Assembly: GCF_009914755.1 (NCBI RefSeq)
Contig: NC_060926.1
Reading direction: 5' to 3' (one strand)
Length of the DNA: 64,000 nt
DNA from: the human T2T-CHM13v2.0 reference genome, Homo sapiens
In this document: positions 1-12,362 of the stretch, piece after piece
Layout of the letters: every line of letters starts with the position of its first letter
Numbering within the stretch: the first letter of the stretch is position 1
Notes under the pieces: generated by a model
Databases searched by the model: none
Seen by the model: the letters and a program-made list of their open reading frames with translations, nothing else
Told to the model about the DNA's origin: nothing
Program-made: the position numbers and the translations under genes

Positions 1-312
1 ATTCCATTGCCAGACATTTATAGAGCCCAACCTGTGGAAACAATAAATGCCTGAAACAGTTTACCTGCACTATATTTCAACTTCTGAAATGTAGATCGAG
101 AGGATAAATTTTATGAAAAGTTCACTAAAAGTAAATATTGACAAGTGGTTAAATCTCATAATATAAAAGACATAATTTTAAAATGCTGCTTGCACCTATA
201 GTTCTGTTAAGTCAAACGGCAAAACACAACTCTGTGCTCGGTTCTCTGCTAGGCAGTTGGGATCCATCACTGAGAAAATAAGAAAAAACATTTGGGGCAC
301 AGGACTTGGGGA

Positions 313-360
313 TGTATTAGTCAGGGTCCTCCAGAGAAATAGCACCAATAGGATGTGTGG
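313..360 (-). mobile_element. MLT2 (ERVL) LTR 3'-end fragment
   Basis: TGTATTAGTCAGGGTCCTCCAGAGAAATAGCACCAATAGGA is the reverse complement of the MLT2 LTR terminus; compare the + strand terminus at 39960-40000. Confidence 0.65.
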
Positions 361-541
361 ACAGTCACCCCTTTGTAACTGTGGGTTCCACATCTGTGGA
401 TTCAACCAACAGAATGGCAGATAAAAAATATTTGGAAAAAAATATATCTATACTGAATATGTACAGACTTTTCTGGCTATTATTCCTTGACACAGTATGG
501 CATAACAATATTTACATAGTATTTACATTGTTTTAGGCATT

Positions 542-943
542 TGATATATTAATAGTTTGGATATATGTCCTTACCAAATCTCATGTTGAATTGTAATCCC
601 CAGTGTTAGAGGTGGGACCTGGTCGGAGGTGTTTGGGTCATGGGGGCGGATCCCTCATGGCTTGCTGCTGTCCTCGTGATAGTGAGTTCTCTCAAGATCT
701 TGTTGTTTAAGTGTGCAGCACCACCCCAACTCTCTTGCTCTCACTCTGCCTTGTGAGATGCCTGTTCCACCTTCTCCTTCTGTCATGACTGGAAGCTTCC
801 TGAGGCCTCCCTAGAAGCCAAGCAGATGCCAGCTCTATGCTTACTGTACAGCCTACAGAACAATGAGCCAATTAAACCTGTTTTCTTTATAAACTACCCA
901 GTCTCAGGTATTCTTCATAGCAATGCAACAACAGCCTAACACA
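542..943 (+). mobile_element. MST-family (MSTB-like) MaLR solo LTR nested in MER2
   Basis: CCAAATCTCATGTTGAATTGTAATCCCCAGTGTT...CCAATTAAACC...CCCAGTCTCAGGTATTC...CTAACACA. Confidence 0.85.
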
Positions 944-1142
944 TAATAATCTAGAGATTATTTAAAATATACAGGAGGATGTGTGTATGTTATATGCAAA
1001 TGCTATACCATTTTATATCCGGAAGTTCGGCATCCTTGAATTTTGTAAATATTGGCAAGCCTTTAAGTCTCATAAAAGATGTAATTTTAAAATGCTCCCT
1101 GTGCCTAGAATTCTGTTAAGTCAAACCACAGTAGCCTACCAA

Positions 1143-1288
1143 TGTGTATATATGTGTGTGTGTGTGTGTATGTATATATATACATATATATATACACACA
1201 TATATATATACATATATATACACATATATATATACACACATATATATATACACACACATATATATATACACACACACACATATATATA
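1143..1288. repeat. Compound (TG)/(TA)/(CA) microsatellite
   Basis: Directly visible alternating purine-pyrimidine tract. Confidence 0.95.
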
Positions 1289-1559
1289 TTTTTTTTTTTT
1301 GGAAACAGAGTCTCACTCTGTTGCCCAGGCTGGAGTGCAGTGGTTCCCTGCAACCTCCACCTCCCAGGTTCAAGCAATTCTCATGCCTCAGCCTCCCAAG
1401 TAGATTGGATTACAGGTGTGCACCACCATGCCTGGCTAATTTTTGTATTTTTAGTAGAGATGGGGTTTTGCCATGTTGGCTAGGCTGGTCTCAAACTCCT
1501 GACCTCAACTATGCCTCCCAAAGTGCTGGGATTACAGGCATGAGCCACCACGCCCAGCC
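1289..1559 (-). mobile_element. Alu (S-like) with small internal deletions
   Basis: Poly-T followed by antisense Alu arms ending CCACGCCCAGCC. Confidence 0.95.
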
Positions 1560-1636
1560 ACATATCAATGTATATTGATATACCTTGGTATCCTCGGGAG
1601 GTCCTGGAACCAATCCCCCTCCCCTCACGGATACTG

Positions 1637-1654
1637 TATATATACACACATATG

Positions 1655-1685
<31 letters not shown>

Positions 1686-1792
1686 ATGTATATGTGTATA
1701 TATATATGTATATATGTATATATGTGTGTATATATATAGTGTATATATACGTATATATATGTACACACACAAATATATACATATATATATAT
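1637..1792. repeat. Compound (TA)/(TG)/(CA) microsatellite
   Basis: Directly visible. Confidence 0.95.
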
Positions 1793-3206
1793 ACCATTAG
1801 ATGTATGCTGAAAGATTCAAAAAGTCTTGAATGAGCATCTACTACATGTCAAGTGCTATGTAAAGCAGGGAGAGAATGGGGAGTGACACAGTCCCTCCTC
1901 GAGGGACACAACCACTGGATGAGATAGACAAGCATAGAGACCCTCACAGGCTGAATGGTGGCTGCCCTGAGTGAGCACAGAGCTCACGGGGTGTGCAGGG
2001 GCAGGCACGGCTGTCCTCACTGAGTTGGCTGCCCTCTGGGGTAGGCCCAGTATGAGGTCCCAAGAGCTGGACTGACTTAGCTCAGGTTCCCAGGCCTAGA
2101 ACCTGAACCCAGACCACCTGGCTTGTCATCCTGCCTTAGCAGAAGGCCTCTCTGAAACCCACAAGCAGATTCTTGACCCAGTGAGCATGAGTCCTTTACT
2201 CTGCCTGAAAAAAACACCACCAGGTAACATCAGGGGCTGGTGGTCCCTGATGGCAGTGCAGTACATTGGCCACAGAGGACATGGGTATTGTGGAATCAGA
2301 AGATGCTTGTTGCCACAGCAAAGAAGAGCATGATTTCCTGGAAGGCAACAGACCCCATGGAGATGAGGCTGCTGTAGCCTCTACCTCCCTCATTCATGCT
2401 GCAGAAGTATAGCCTTCCTCTAACAGTTGAGGGTCTGAAACTTCTCTGCTTTCCTCAGCCCTTGGGAGAAAGCCTAATGATCCAAAGCAAGCTGAATGGA
2501 GTCAGTAGACATGGAAAACTGGGAGCCGTGGTGGCCTTCAGAGAAGAGAACCGATGGCTGGCTAGAGAGCCTGGCTTCTGTACCTTTTGGATTTTGTACA
2601 ATGAACCTGCATTAACTTTAGGTATGATGTTAGGCAAGCTGATAGCAAAGGCTTTTCTGAGTAAAGTGAGAGTCCCTGAAGGCCATGTGCTAGATTACAA
2701 ACATCATGGGCTCAGAGTCAACAGTCACAGCTCTGCCACTTATTATTTGGGTCATCTCACTTATCTGCTTCAAACTGCAGTTTCACACCAGGAAAATGGG
2801 ATGCTCATGAGTTTGTGGTAAGGAATGAATGAGGGGATTTATGTAGATAGTTGAAGCCAGAAGTTGGTCTTGTCTGTTGGCCTTGAGACACAGGTAGGCT
2901 GAAGGCCATCACTGATGTGCAGCCCTGGGTCCCCAGCTGATAGCTACAGTGACCTGCCCCATCAGCAACAAGCACTTCCTATTCACTCTGCTCAAAAAGC
3001 CAAGGAAGTATGTCATATATTTGGAGAGGGGGCAGATTAAAATGCTGGCAGGGCTTAAAGGGGGAGGGAAAACTTGACTTTGCAGCACGGCTCATTTCTC
3101 AAAGGATCTGCACAAGCATTTTCTCCCCCTAGATATGCGCTATCTCTTAAATCAACAATAAGTAATGCTTTACAAACTTTTTAGTGCACACATCTCTCCC
3201 ACATAA

Positions 3207-3597
<391 letters not shown>

Positions 3598-3619
3598 TCA
3601 ACCACTTTTAACACAGAAT

Positions 3620-4118
3620 AGGTTGGTAATCTATTGCTGTGAAACAAATTACCCAAAACCTAGTGCCTTAACTCTAACAGTTTCTTTTGGTCAGGAATGC
3701 AGAAGGGGCTTGGTTGGCCTGCTGTGTTTCAGGGTCTTTCGTGAGGTTGCAGTCAGAAGTCAGTGTGGGCCGCAGTCATCCAAAGGCTTTCCTGGGGCTG
3801 GAGGGTCTGCTTCCAAGATGGTGCACTCACGCAACTGGCAAGTTGGTGCTGGGGCTACTGGTGTCTCTGTTTTATTCTGGGTAGGGCTACTTGAGTATCT
3901 TCATACTATGGTGGCTGGGTCCCTCAAAGCAAGTACCCCCAGAAACCAATGGAAGCTTTGATGCCTTTGATGATTCAGCTTCGGAAGTCACTCATTAGCA
4001 TTTCTGAGTCCTCTATTGGTCATATAGACCACCAGTGATTCAATGTGGGAGGAGATTAAATAAAGGCGTGAATACCAGGGCTAGCCCTGGAGGCCAACTT
4101 CAAGGCTGACTATGACAC
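3620..4118 (-). mobile_element. MLT1-family MaLR LTR
   Basis: CTATTGCTGTGAAACAAATTACCCAAAACCTAGTG...GGTCAGGAAT...CTTCCAAGATGG...GAAGTCAC motifs typical of antisense MLT1. Confidence 0.75.
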
Positions 4119-4254
4119 AGAGCTGAGACACAAAGGTACTTAGTTAAGCACCTGATAATTTGTTGATGACATGATTGTGCATAATGTGAATATAACATAT
4201 ACATGGTAAGAGGTGAAAGTGTGTTTGTTTTACTTTTAGGGGAGATGTTACTCA

Positions 4255-4440
4255 AGTATCCCAAACTTGAGTGTTCATTAGAACTACCTGGAGGGCTTAT
4301 GGAAACCTAAATTGCTGGGCCCCAACCCTAGAGTTCCTGATTCAGCAGATCTAGGGTGAAATGGGAGAATTTGTGCTTCTAACAAGTTCTCACAGGATAA
4401 TGATGCTGCTGGTCCAGGGTCGTGCTTTGAGAACTACTGC
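4255..4440. mobile_element. MER5A (hAT-Charlie)
   Basis: CAAACTTGAGTG...ACCTGGAGGGCTT...TTCTAACAAGTTC...TTTGAGAACTACTG. Confidence 0.85.
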
Positions 4441-4631
4441 CCTAATTGATATAGAGACCTAGTGGTCCTTCAAGAAAATTTGCTTCAATGCAAATACATC
4501 CTTGGCCTCTTATAGCTGAGTGCCCAAACTGTCAAATTCATTAGGCATATCATTTTTAATTTGACGTTTTCCAAATGGCACAGAGTTTATGTAAATGTAC
4601 GAATCAGAGAGACAGTATATGGACAGCTTAA

Positions 4632-4816
4632 GTAGTGGTATGCTGGCAAACTGGCTCTCCTCCCAAAATAAAAAGCTTTGATTTGTAACTTTTGCCAGTT
4701 TCCATAGTGTAAATGCTCCCACCATGGCCAATTACCAATAGTTAACTAGCTCACAAAAATTCCTATTTCACAGTTGACTCTGTAGCTGGTACATGCTGGC
4801 CCCAGTACACCATTGG
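4632..4816. mobile_element. MER63-like (hAT-Blackjack) MITE
   Basis: Terminal inverted repeats AGTGGTATGCTGG / CCAGTACACCATTG and an internal TGTAAATGCTCCCACCATGGCC motif. Confidence 0.65.
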
Positions 4817-5389
4817 CTCTAAGCAAGTTCTTTCCCTGCACATATGAATCAGAGAAAGTAGTGGCCTATGTGGGGGTTGGGGATCACTGGGTGATTCTAA
4901 TTGCTAGTACCTTGTGCACCAAACAAAGGCGGTCAAATGCCAGGTCTGATTTTCTTCCTACCTGGAGTGTTTGAGTCTTTGAGGTAGCTAAAGTGATAGG
5001 ATGTGATTATGCATACAATGCTATGTGGTGCAGGCACATCTAAAATGGACTTTTCAAATCCTCCCCCTCCACACAGTCTCCTTAATCTACCCCCACTTGG
5101 ACAATTCTACTGACCGCTCCAGGCCTTCTGTCCTAATTAAGCACAACCTCATAGACACTCCTCCTCAAAGGCCTCTCTGGCTTTCCTTCCCTTTGAAGAC
5201 ACCAAGGCTCCTTTCCTTAGGGTAGGTGACAGGAAATACTTTACTGAAATCCATTCTTTGAGCTGCCAAGATGCCCAGTGAGGGTATAATGTCTGAGTGC
5301 CTGTAGAAATTGGGTAGAACATTTATTTGGCAATTCACCTTGTAGAGGGCTGTTTATCACATTGAACTGTTGTTTAAACCTTAACTTAT

Positions 5390-5677
5390 GGCCAGGTATG
5401 GTGGCTCATGCCTGTAATCCTGGCACTTTGGGAGGCCAAGGGGGGGCAGATCACTTGAGGTCAAGAGTTCGAGACCAGCCTGGCCAACATGGTGAAACCC
5501 CATCTCCACTAAAAATACAAAAATTAGCTGGGCATATTGGTGGGCACCTGTAATCCCAGCTGCTTGGAAGGCTGAGGCAGGAGAATCACTTGAACCCAGG
5601 AGGGGAAGTTGGAGTGAACCAAGATCGCACCATTGCACTCCAGCCTGGGCAACAGAATGAGACTCCATCTCAAAAAA
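5390..5677 (+). mobile_element. Alu (Sx/Sz-like), full length
   Basis: Sense Alu dimer; TSD-like CCTTAACTT on both sides. Confidence 0.95.
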
Positions 5678-5921
5678 CCCCCAAATCCTTAACTTGTAGG
5701 ATTTTTTAGTGTGTTCCCTCACAGCGTCTACCATGGGGTTTTGGACAAAATAAACACTAAGCATTTCATGAGTTCCAACTTTGAATTCTTTCTCTTGCAG
5801 AAAACACTGGCATTTTAACAGAGAGCTTCAGGTGCCTTAATGCCAGAGAGTGGGTCATTTGGGAATTCTCTCATGGGATTCAATTACCATAAGAGAAAAG
5901 TGGAATAAAATGTTTTGGTAG

Positions 5922-6378
5922 TGTAAGATTAGCTGAAAGAAAGGATGAGAGAGAGAGAGAGAGAGAGAGACCCAAGGTCAGGCAAGTAAGTTTATTAACC
6001 TGCCAGGCTGCTCCACCGCAGTCAGAGGAGGCAGCCCTGAGCTTAAAAAATGAGGGGTTTATATGGGGGAGAGAGACCCTAGGGTTGTCGGTTAACTTTA
6101 CCACATATCTTCTCGTGACTGGCTTACAATATAGTATCTTGTGAAAACATGAATTTACAAGAGGATGTAACTTAGGTTTATCCGCGTTTCTCGTGACCTC
6201 CCCCATGCCGCCCGGGGGGGCTGTAATCAGGGTTCACTCGGCAAGTCTGGTGACCTTGCTGTGGCACCTAGATAAGGGTTCAGGGATGCAGCTGCAGAGT
6301 ATTCAGGGTAAGGGTCAGCTGCACTGAGTGGTGGTGGTGGTGGGGTGGGGGTGGTCCTGGGGCAGCTTGTCCCTAACA
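5922..6378 (-). mobile_element. Solo LTR, probably ERVL class (family uncertain)
   Basis: TGT...ACA termini; 5-bp TSD GGTAG/GCTAG; minus-strand TATAAA (~6058-6063) and AATAAA (~5991-5996); (GA)n near the end. Confidence 0.75.
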
Positions 6379-6524
6379 GCTAGGAAAGCCTTTTAGGGCT
6401 TCTTTTTTGTTATATAAAGGATACGTTCTCAGAAAAATGGGACTCATGCTGATCCAGTGCAATAATAACAACAAAAGCCCAGCATTTGAGGTAGGCAGAA
6501 TGTGACCCCTACAGAAGCGTCATC

Positions 6525-6670
6525 CTCCTTAGCTTCTCTAGCTCTGACATTCTGTTAAGTTTCTTAGTCTCTCTAAGCCTCAGTTACTTGGTCTGTAAAA
6601 TGAGACTAGCAATACCTGCTCTGTTGTCTCTTGTGAGGAGGAAATGAGAATGTGTGAAAAGTGCTAGAAT
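6525..6670. mobile_element. MIR remnant
   Basis: CTCTCTAAGCCTCAGTTAC...TCTGTAAAATGAG...TTGTGAGGA MIR core. Confidence 0.7.
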
Positions 6671-8107
6671 GGAGCCTCATGGGGGAGGCTCTCCCACCCC
6701 ATGTCCTGATTTGGACAAGGAATCCCACACACCTCATCCAGATACACAGAGGCTCATGACTGAGTCTCTTGACAAATTATTTTTTGAGGGTGCATACTTT
6801 TTTGCTGTGAATTTCCAAATGTTTGCATTTCTAAGGCCACATTTGTGACACAGAGATCAGATCCTTTCCGACACAATGTAACTGGCAGGTCCTAATGAGC
6901 TGGGGGCACCGGGAAGCATTTTAAGTGGTAGCATTTCTGGAAATATTGAGATGAGGTCGGGGGAAAGAAGCTTTTTCTTCAGGGCCTAACCTGATTAACA
7001 AGACGATGCACTTGAGATACATGAAGGTGGATTTCTCTGCTTCCAGAAGCTCCTGGGTTCTGGAAGGTTATTTTTATAGTATGGCAAGTAATAAGCATTA
7101 GTGACCAGCCATGAATCCCAGATTTGGAAAGGACGACTCCTAAGACAGGGGCAGACCTGGAAGGAGGAGATAAACATTGAATAGGTGCTCAGCTCAACAG
7201 GCTGCCCACAGTTTACACAAGCTTCTTGGCTCAATGTATCTGTGCTAGGGAAAAAAGCTCCTCTTCAGTTGCTCCAGAAGCACATTTATTAAGCACTAAC
7301 TGTGTGTTAAGCCCCAAAAGAAATAGAAAAAAGGCAAAGGACCTGATTTTCATATCTAGGCATTTACAGAGTAGATTATGAAAAAGGTCATAGATAGTTG
7401 TAATTATTTAACTCTCCTTGCTATAATAGAAAATGGCGTTCATGCTCGGAATCAAATAGAGAGGGTTTTCATGCTTGGAAAATTCAGTAATTAATAAACT
7501 TCCAATGTTTTGAAATTCATTTCTTTGTAGCCACTTAGGAAAAGAACTGACCGAGGTTGGGATCCAGGATCGGAACTTTATGTGGCATGTAAAATAATTT
7601 GAAAGAGTGAGATATGGCTTTGTAAATTTTTGTAGAAAACAACAAACCTGATGATTTCCCAGATTTGGGGGGTAACATCAGGCACATGGAGGGTGAGGTG
7701 TTTGGGGCTTGAATTACAGCATTTTCTTTTAAACAGGCGTGACTTTCCATGCGTAGAAAATGGTCTCAGGGCTTGGATTAGGACGTAGAGCTGGAAATCA
7801 GGGAGCCCGAGTTTCATTCAGTGAACACACAAACACCTTACTGAGCACTGACTTCACGTGTCAGTGCTGAGGATAAGAAAAGCAACAGCGTGGCGCCCTG
7901 ATGAAGTTGATGGAAGCACGCTCAGGGCAGCAAACAGCTCTCCCGGCCAGGTCTTGGGAGTAGTCAGAGAGGAGCTAACATTGACACAGTCTTAAAGAGG
8001 AGTCGAATTGGCTAGAAAGAATGAGGCCAGTGTTCCAAGCAGAGTGAACAGCATTTCGCAGCGTAGTCAGAAGGCCACAAATACTGTCGTTGGAAAAGGC
8101 AAGAGCA

Positions 8108-8240
8108 TTGGTTCTCCAAGGGTAACATGTGTTCCAATCACCTGGGGACCTGTGACATGCAGGTTCTCATTCAAGAGTTCTGAATGAGACTTGAGAGAGT
8201 ACATTTCTAACAAGTTCCTGGGTGATGCCATGCTGCTGCC
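8108..8240. mobile_element. MER5-like fragment
   Basis: AATCACCTGGGGACCT...CATTTCTAACAAGTTCCTGGGTGATGCC. Confidence 0.7.
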
Positions 8241-9235
8241 TTTAGCCCACTTGGTGTGGAGAGGCTGTGGACATGGAGCATGGAGCTAGGAGTAAAAATG
8301 GGGGCTGGGTGGAGGAAGGGGAGGATGAGGGCTTGTCACCTGGGCTGATGATTGCACCCTGGCACACTTCAGCTGTACTGCATACTGGTAATAGCATCCA
8401 TGGTGCTCCCAGCCTCCAATGGGCTCTGGGAGCTGTCTGCATCCCTCAGCCAGCTTAGCTCTCTTTCCCAATCCAAATAGCAGCAACATCCTCAACCTCC
8501 AACCGCCCACCTGCCATTATAAAATTCTTCCCTCCACCCAAGCCTAAGCTTTCTGCCAGGGTCTGGCTGGGTTTCCTCTTCCTTTTGGCCTCCCATGGGC
8601 CCTCAATACATTCATCACCCCTTCTCGATAGCTCCCACCTTTTGCCTTTCCCACCTCTTTTTCCTCAACCATAAACCTGTTTGGCACCCTCCTGTCCTAC
8701 AGCCACTGTGCTGGGAAACTGGCCCTGAACCTGGGTCCCCTTCCACTGCTCTCCAGTCTCTCCCCATCCTCACACCCTGATTGCATCGAAGAACAAACTC
8801 ACACTTGTAGTTTCTCTCTCCTTCGTCTCATCTGTTCTATGTAATCTATCACTACCACCATTCTGCCTTCCCCGCTCTACTGAAATGGCTCATCTGGAGT
8901 TAACACTGGCCTTCCGATTTCCCAGTCCAGGAATTTCAGGCCCAGTCCAGCTTGTCCTCCAGAACACTTTACAGTGTTGATCACCAGTGCCCAGTCTCCC
9001 TATAGCTCTCCAGATTCTCTTTGGCCCCTTCTCAGCCTCTTTTCCTGGTTCCTCTTCCTCCATCCAGTCCTCACCAGGTAACATTTCCCAGCTTCTCCTC
9101 TCTCCAAACATCCTGCGTGGGCAGATTGCCCAAGCCTGGGAAGTGAGCCACTCTTTCTATGCTGTTGACTCAGGAACTCAGCCTCCTTTTGCCCATCTTT
9201 CTGTCTATTGGTCATATTTATGTAGGTACCTCACA

Positions 9236-9568
9236 TTTTGTTTTTTTTTGTTTTGTTTTGTTTTTTGCTTTTTTTTTTTTGAGATGGAATCTCACTCTGT
9301 TGCCCAGGCTGGAGTGTGTAGTGGCGCCATCTCTACTCATTGCAACCTCTGCCTCCAAGGCTCAAGTGATTCTTCTGCCTCTGCTTCCCGAGTAGCTGGG
9401 ACTACAGGAACGTGCCACCATGCCTGGCTAAATTTTGTATTTTTTTTTTCAGTAGAGAAGGGGTTTCACCATATTGGCCAGGCTGTTCTCCAACTCCTGA
9501 CCTCATGATCCACCCGCCTCAGACTCACAAAGTACTGGAATTACAGGCATGAGCCACTGCACCTGGCC
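9236..9568 (-). mobile_element. Alu (S-like), full length
   Basis: T-rich tail plus antisense dimer; TSD CCTCACATTTT on both sides. Confidence 0.95.
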
Positions 9569-9882
9569 CAGTGCCTCACATTTTCAAAACAGATTCCTTC
9601 TTTTCTCTCCTAAACCTGCTTTTCCTCCTGGGTCCCACTCCAGGTGAATCATACCCCTACCATTTCTCTTCTACAGAAATCAAACTAGGGAGTTCACTTG
9701 ACTCCTCTCCCAGCCTCACCTGCCATCAGCCATGGTCCTGGCTCCTGCCCCCCATTAACTGCTGCCTTAGTGTAGGAGATGACTTCATTTCATTACTCAG
9801 ATTACTGCCTTTGCCGTCACCTGACCTCTCTGCAAGGAGCTGTGGCTTTCAACTTTGGCCACACATTAGAATCAGTTGGATA

Positions 9883-9926
9883 ATGTGATAGGGTTCTCCA
9901 GAGAAATAAAATCATTGAATATGAGT

Positions 9927-9965
<39 letters not shown>

Positions 9966-10420
9966 TAAGGAATTGGCTTACATGATGATGGAGGCTAAAT
10001 GCCAAAATCTGCAGTTGGCAAGCTGGATACCCAGGAGAGCAAAGGGTATAGTTCCGGTCCAAGTCCAAAGGCCTGAGAACCACGAAAGCTGACGGTATAA
10101 GTTCCAGACAAACCTGGTAGGTTCAAGACCCAGGAAGACTCAATGTTTCAGTCCAAGTCTAAAGGCCAGAAAAGGTCAATGTCCCCCTCAAGCATTCAGG
10201 CAGGAGGAGCTCCCTCTTACTCCAACTTTTCATTCCATTTAGGCTTTCAGCTGATTGGACCAGGCCCACCCACATTAGGGACAACTGTCAGCTTTACTAG
10301 GCCTACCTATTCAAATGTTAATCTCAACAAGAAATACCCTCGCAGACACACTCAGAATATTTGGCCAAATATCTAGGCACCCCAGTCCAGTCAAGTTAAC
10401 CCAGAATATTAACTATCACA
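9883..10420 (-). mobile_element. MLT2 (C/D-like) LTR containing (CA)n at ~9929-9963
   Basis: AGGGTTCTCCAGAGAAA...AAGGAATTGGCTTACATGAT...CCAGTCAAGTTAAC...TTAACTATCACA. Confidence 0.85.
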
Positions 10421-10569
10421 GAGAGCTTTTAGCAACCTGATGTCCAGGTCACACCCCAATCTCATTGCATTCAAATTTCTGAGGGTGAGGCCCAGGCATC
10501 CATTTTTTTTTTTAAGGCTCTCCATATGATTCCATCGTGCATCCAAGGTTAAGAGCCACTGCTTTCATC

Positions 10570-11000
10570 TCTTCTCCCTCAGACTGATTCTTCACACTGC
10601 CACCAAAGTGGTTTTCTTAAAACTCAAATTGGATTATATTTGATCCCCTGTTCAAAAGCTTTCAATGACTTTCCATCATATTTGGGAAAATTCTTTGGCA
10701 TGTTATACAAGCCTTTTTGCATGTTACACAAGGCCCTTCATGATTGGCCCTGCCTAATTCTTCAGCCTCATTCCGTGTGGGTGCATCAGGACATCGTACT
10801 CAGGCTGTTCTGATTCACCTCTCAGGATTTCTTACGGTTCTCTGCATTTGCATGGACTCATCCTTCAGTCCAGAATGCAATCTGTCCCCAGCCTATTCTC
10901 CTTCGTCTTTAAGATCCTATTTTGTCACTTACAGAAAGCCTTCTGAGACACTCTCAGACTAGGTTAAATATTCCTTCTTTGGATACCCTAGCACCCAGTG
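10570..11000 (+). mobile_element. L2 remnant
   Basis: TTCTTCACACTGCCACCAAAGTGGTTTT...CTTTCAATGACTTTCC...AAGGCCCTTCATGAT typical of the L2 3' region. Confidence 0.6.
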
Positions 11001-11673
11001 CTGTCACCACCAAGAGGGAGCCACTGGTAGATAGTAGTAGATAGTAATAGATAGCAGGGGTTATCTACTATTTACAAAGCAGCAAAACCCAGCACACAGT
11101 ATGCACTCATGTAGCACACCTGCATGAATGAAGGTATCCACCTCTTCCTACATCTCTAACTTCAGAACAAGCTCATGCAGCAACACTGAGAAAGAGTTGA
11201 AAGTTCAATGAGTTGTTAGGGCAAAAGACTTAAGTCTAAAGTACCATATATGCTGTTAGGACATTTCTCATCCTTACTCAAATCTAAATATAGCAAGTGA
11301 AAATGCAATCCCTAAAAAAGCGGCATTATTCCCAAAGAGCCTGGCAGAGCAGTGTTTGCTGCCACAGGGAAGGTGGTCCTGTCCTCTGCTCCCAGTGTTA
11401 TAAAATGTGTCCTGCTACATTAAGTGCCCATGTCCACTCTGATTCCAGGGATAAGGATACAACTAAGCTAATTTTCAAAAGGGGAGTGTAGTTCATAGGA
11501 TCGCACTTGCTAACACAGTGGAGCTTCACTATTGGCAGAACAACAGTTTTCAAACAGATCAGCTATTGAGAGGAGGTGATTATACTCACAGCCTCCTAAT
11601 TTTATCAAAGGCCTATCAGCCACAGTATTCTTTCAAGTATGTGCTTCCCTTGAGAATGTAAAATTAGTATCCT

Positions 11674-11836
11674 GGCTGGGTGGGATGGCTTTTCCCTGAA
11701 ATCCCAGCACTTTGGGAGGATTGCTTGAGGCCAGCCTGGGAAACATAGTGAGACCTCGTGTCTACAAAAACTAGCTCGGCATGGTGGCACGCACCTATAG
11801 TTCCAGCTACTTGGGAGGCTGAGGTAGGAGTAAAAA
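11674..11836 (+). mobile_element. Internally deleted, short AluJ-like element with TSD
   Basis: Alu pieces GGCTGGGTG...CCCAGCACTTTGGGAGG|ATTGCTTGAGG|CCAGCCTGGG...GGGAGGCTGAGG; TSD TAAAAT(T/G)AGTATCCT at 11659-11673 and 11837-11851. Confidence 0.85.
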
Positions 11837-11979
11837 TAAAATGAGTATCCTGTTTATAAAACTTCAGAGCATGTGAGATGGCTCATGCCTTACAAAAATG
11901 AGATCCAACAAGGTTTGAGAATCACTGGATTATGGTGAATGTGACCACCACCTGGCTATGATCAGTCATTGCCTTCCAG

Positions 11980-12362
11980 CTCAGAGCTTCTCAACCCTGG
12001 CTGCTTGTTAAAATCCTACCTGGGGGACTTGCAGAAATCCCAATGCTCAGGCCTTACTCCAAGCCAATTAAATGAGAACGTCTGGGAGTGGGGCCCTGGC
12101 ATTGTTTTGCTGTTTTTTGGCACTGGTATTTCTGAAAGCACGCAGATGATTTAAATAGGTGGCCTGGGCTGAGGATTGCTCCTCTAACTTAACTGGTTCT
12201 CAAACTTGGCTGCACATTGGAATTGCCTGGAGGTGCCTGGGTCCCCCCACCCCAACCATGGACATGGTTGTAATTGGTGTGGGATGTGACCTGGCCTCCA
12301 AGCCAGGATTTGTAAAAGCTGTTCAGTGGTTCAAACATACAGCAAAGCCTTGAAACCACTGC
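11980..12362. mobile_element. Two adjacent MER5-like elements
   Basis: CTTCTCAACCCTGGCTGC...ACCTGGGGGAC and TGGTTCTCAAACTTGGCTGCACATTGGAAT...TTGAAACCACTG. Confidence 0.7.

Larger units (their letters stand above)
362..1636. mobile_element. MER2 (TcMar-Tigger) DNA transposon split into three pieces (362-541, 944-1045, 1585-1636)
   Basis: Collinear MER2 motifs GTGGGTTCCACATCTGTGGATTCAACCAAC, ATCTAGAGAT...ATACAGGAGGATGTGTGTA and GGTCCTGGAACCAATCCCC; CAG...CTG termini. Confidence 0.8.

Noticed and set aside
981-1834. Overlapping 70-144 aa ORFs rich in Y/I/H/T/C/V
   Set aside because: Translations of dinucleotide microsatellites and an Alu; not genes.
2396-2821. 141-aa ORF
   Set aside because: No recognisable domain and the 3' part runs into MIR-like sequence; treated as a chance ORF.
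8987-9508. 173-aa ORF and other ORFs containing Alu-type peptides (e.g. 5381-5764, 24646-24993, 39445-39801)
   Set aside because: Alu-derived or L2-plus-Alu-derived reading frames.
10698-10735. Imperfect duplication GCATGTTA(T/C)ACAAG resembling p53 half-sites
   Set aside because: Poor match to RRRCWWGYYY, wrong spacing, and inside an L2 remnant.
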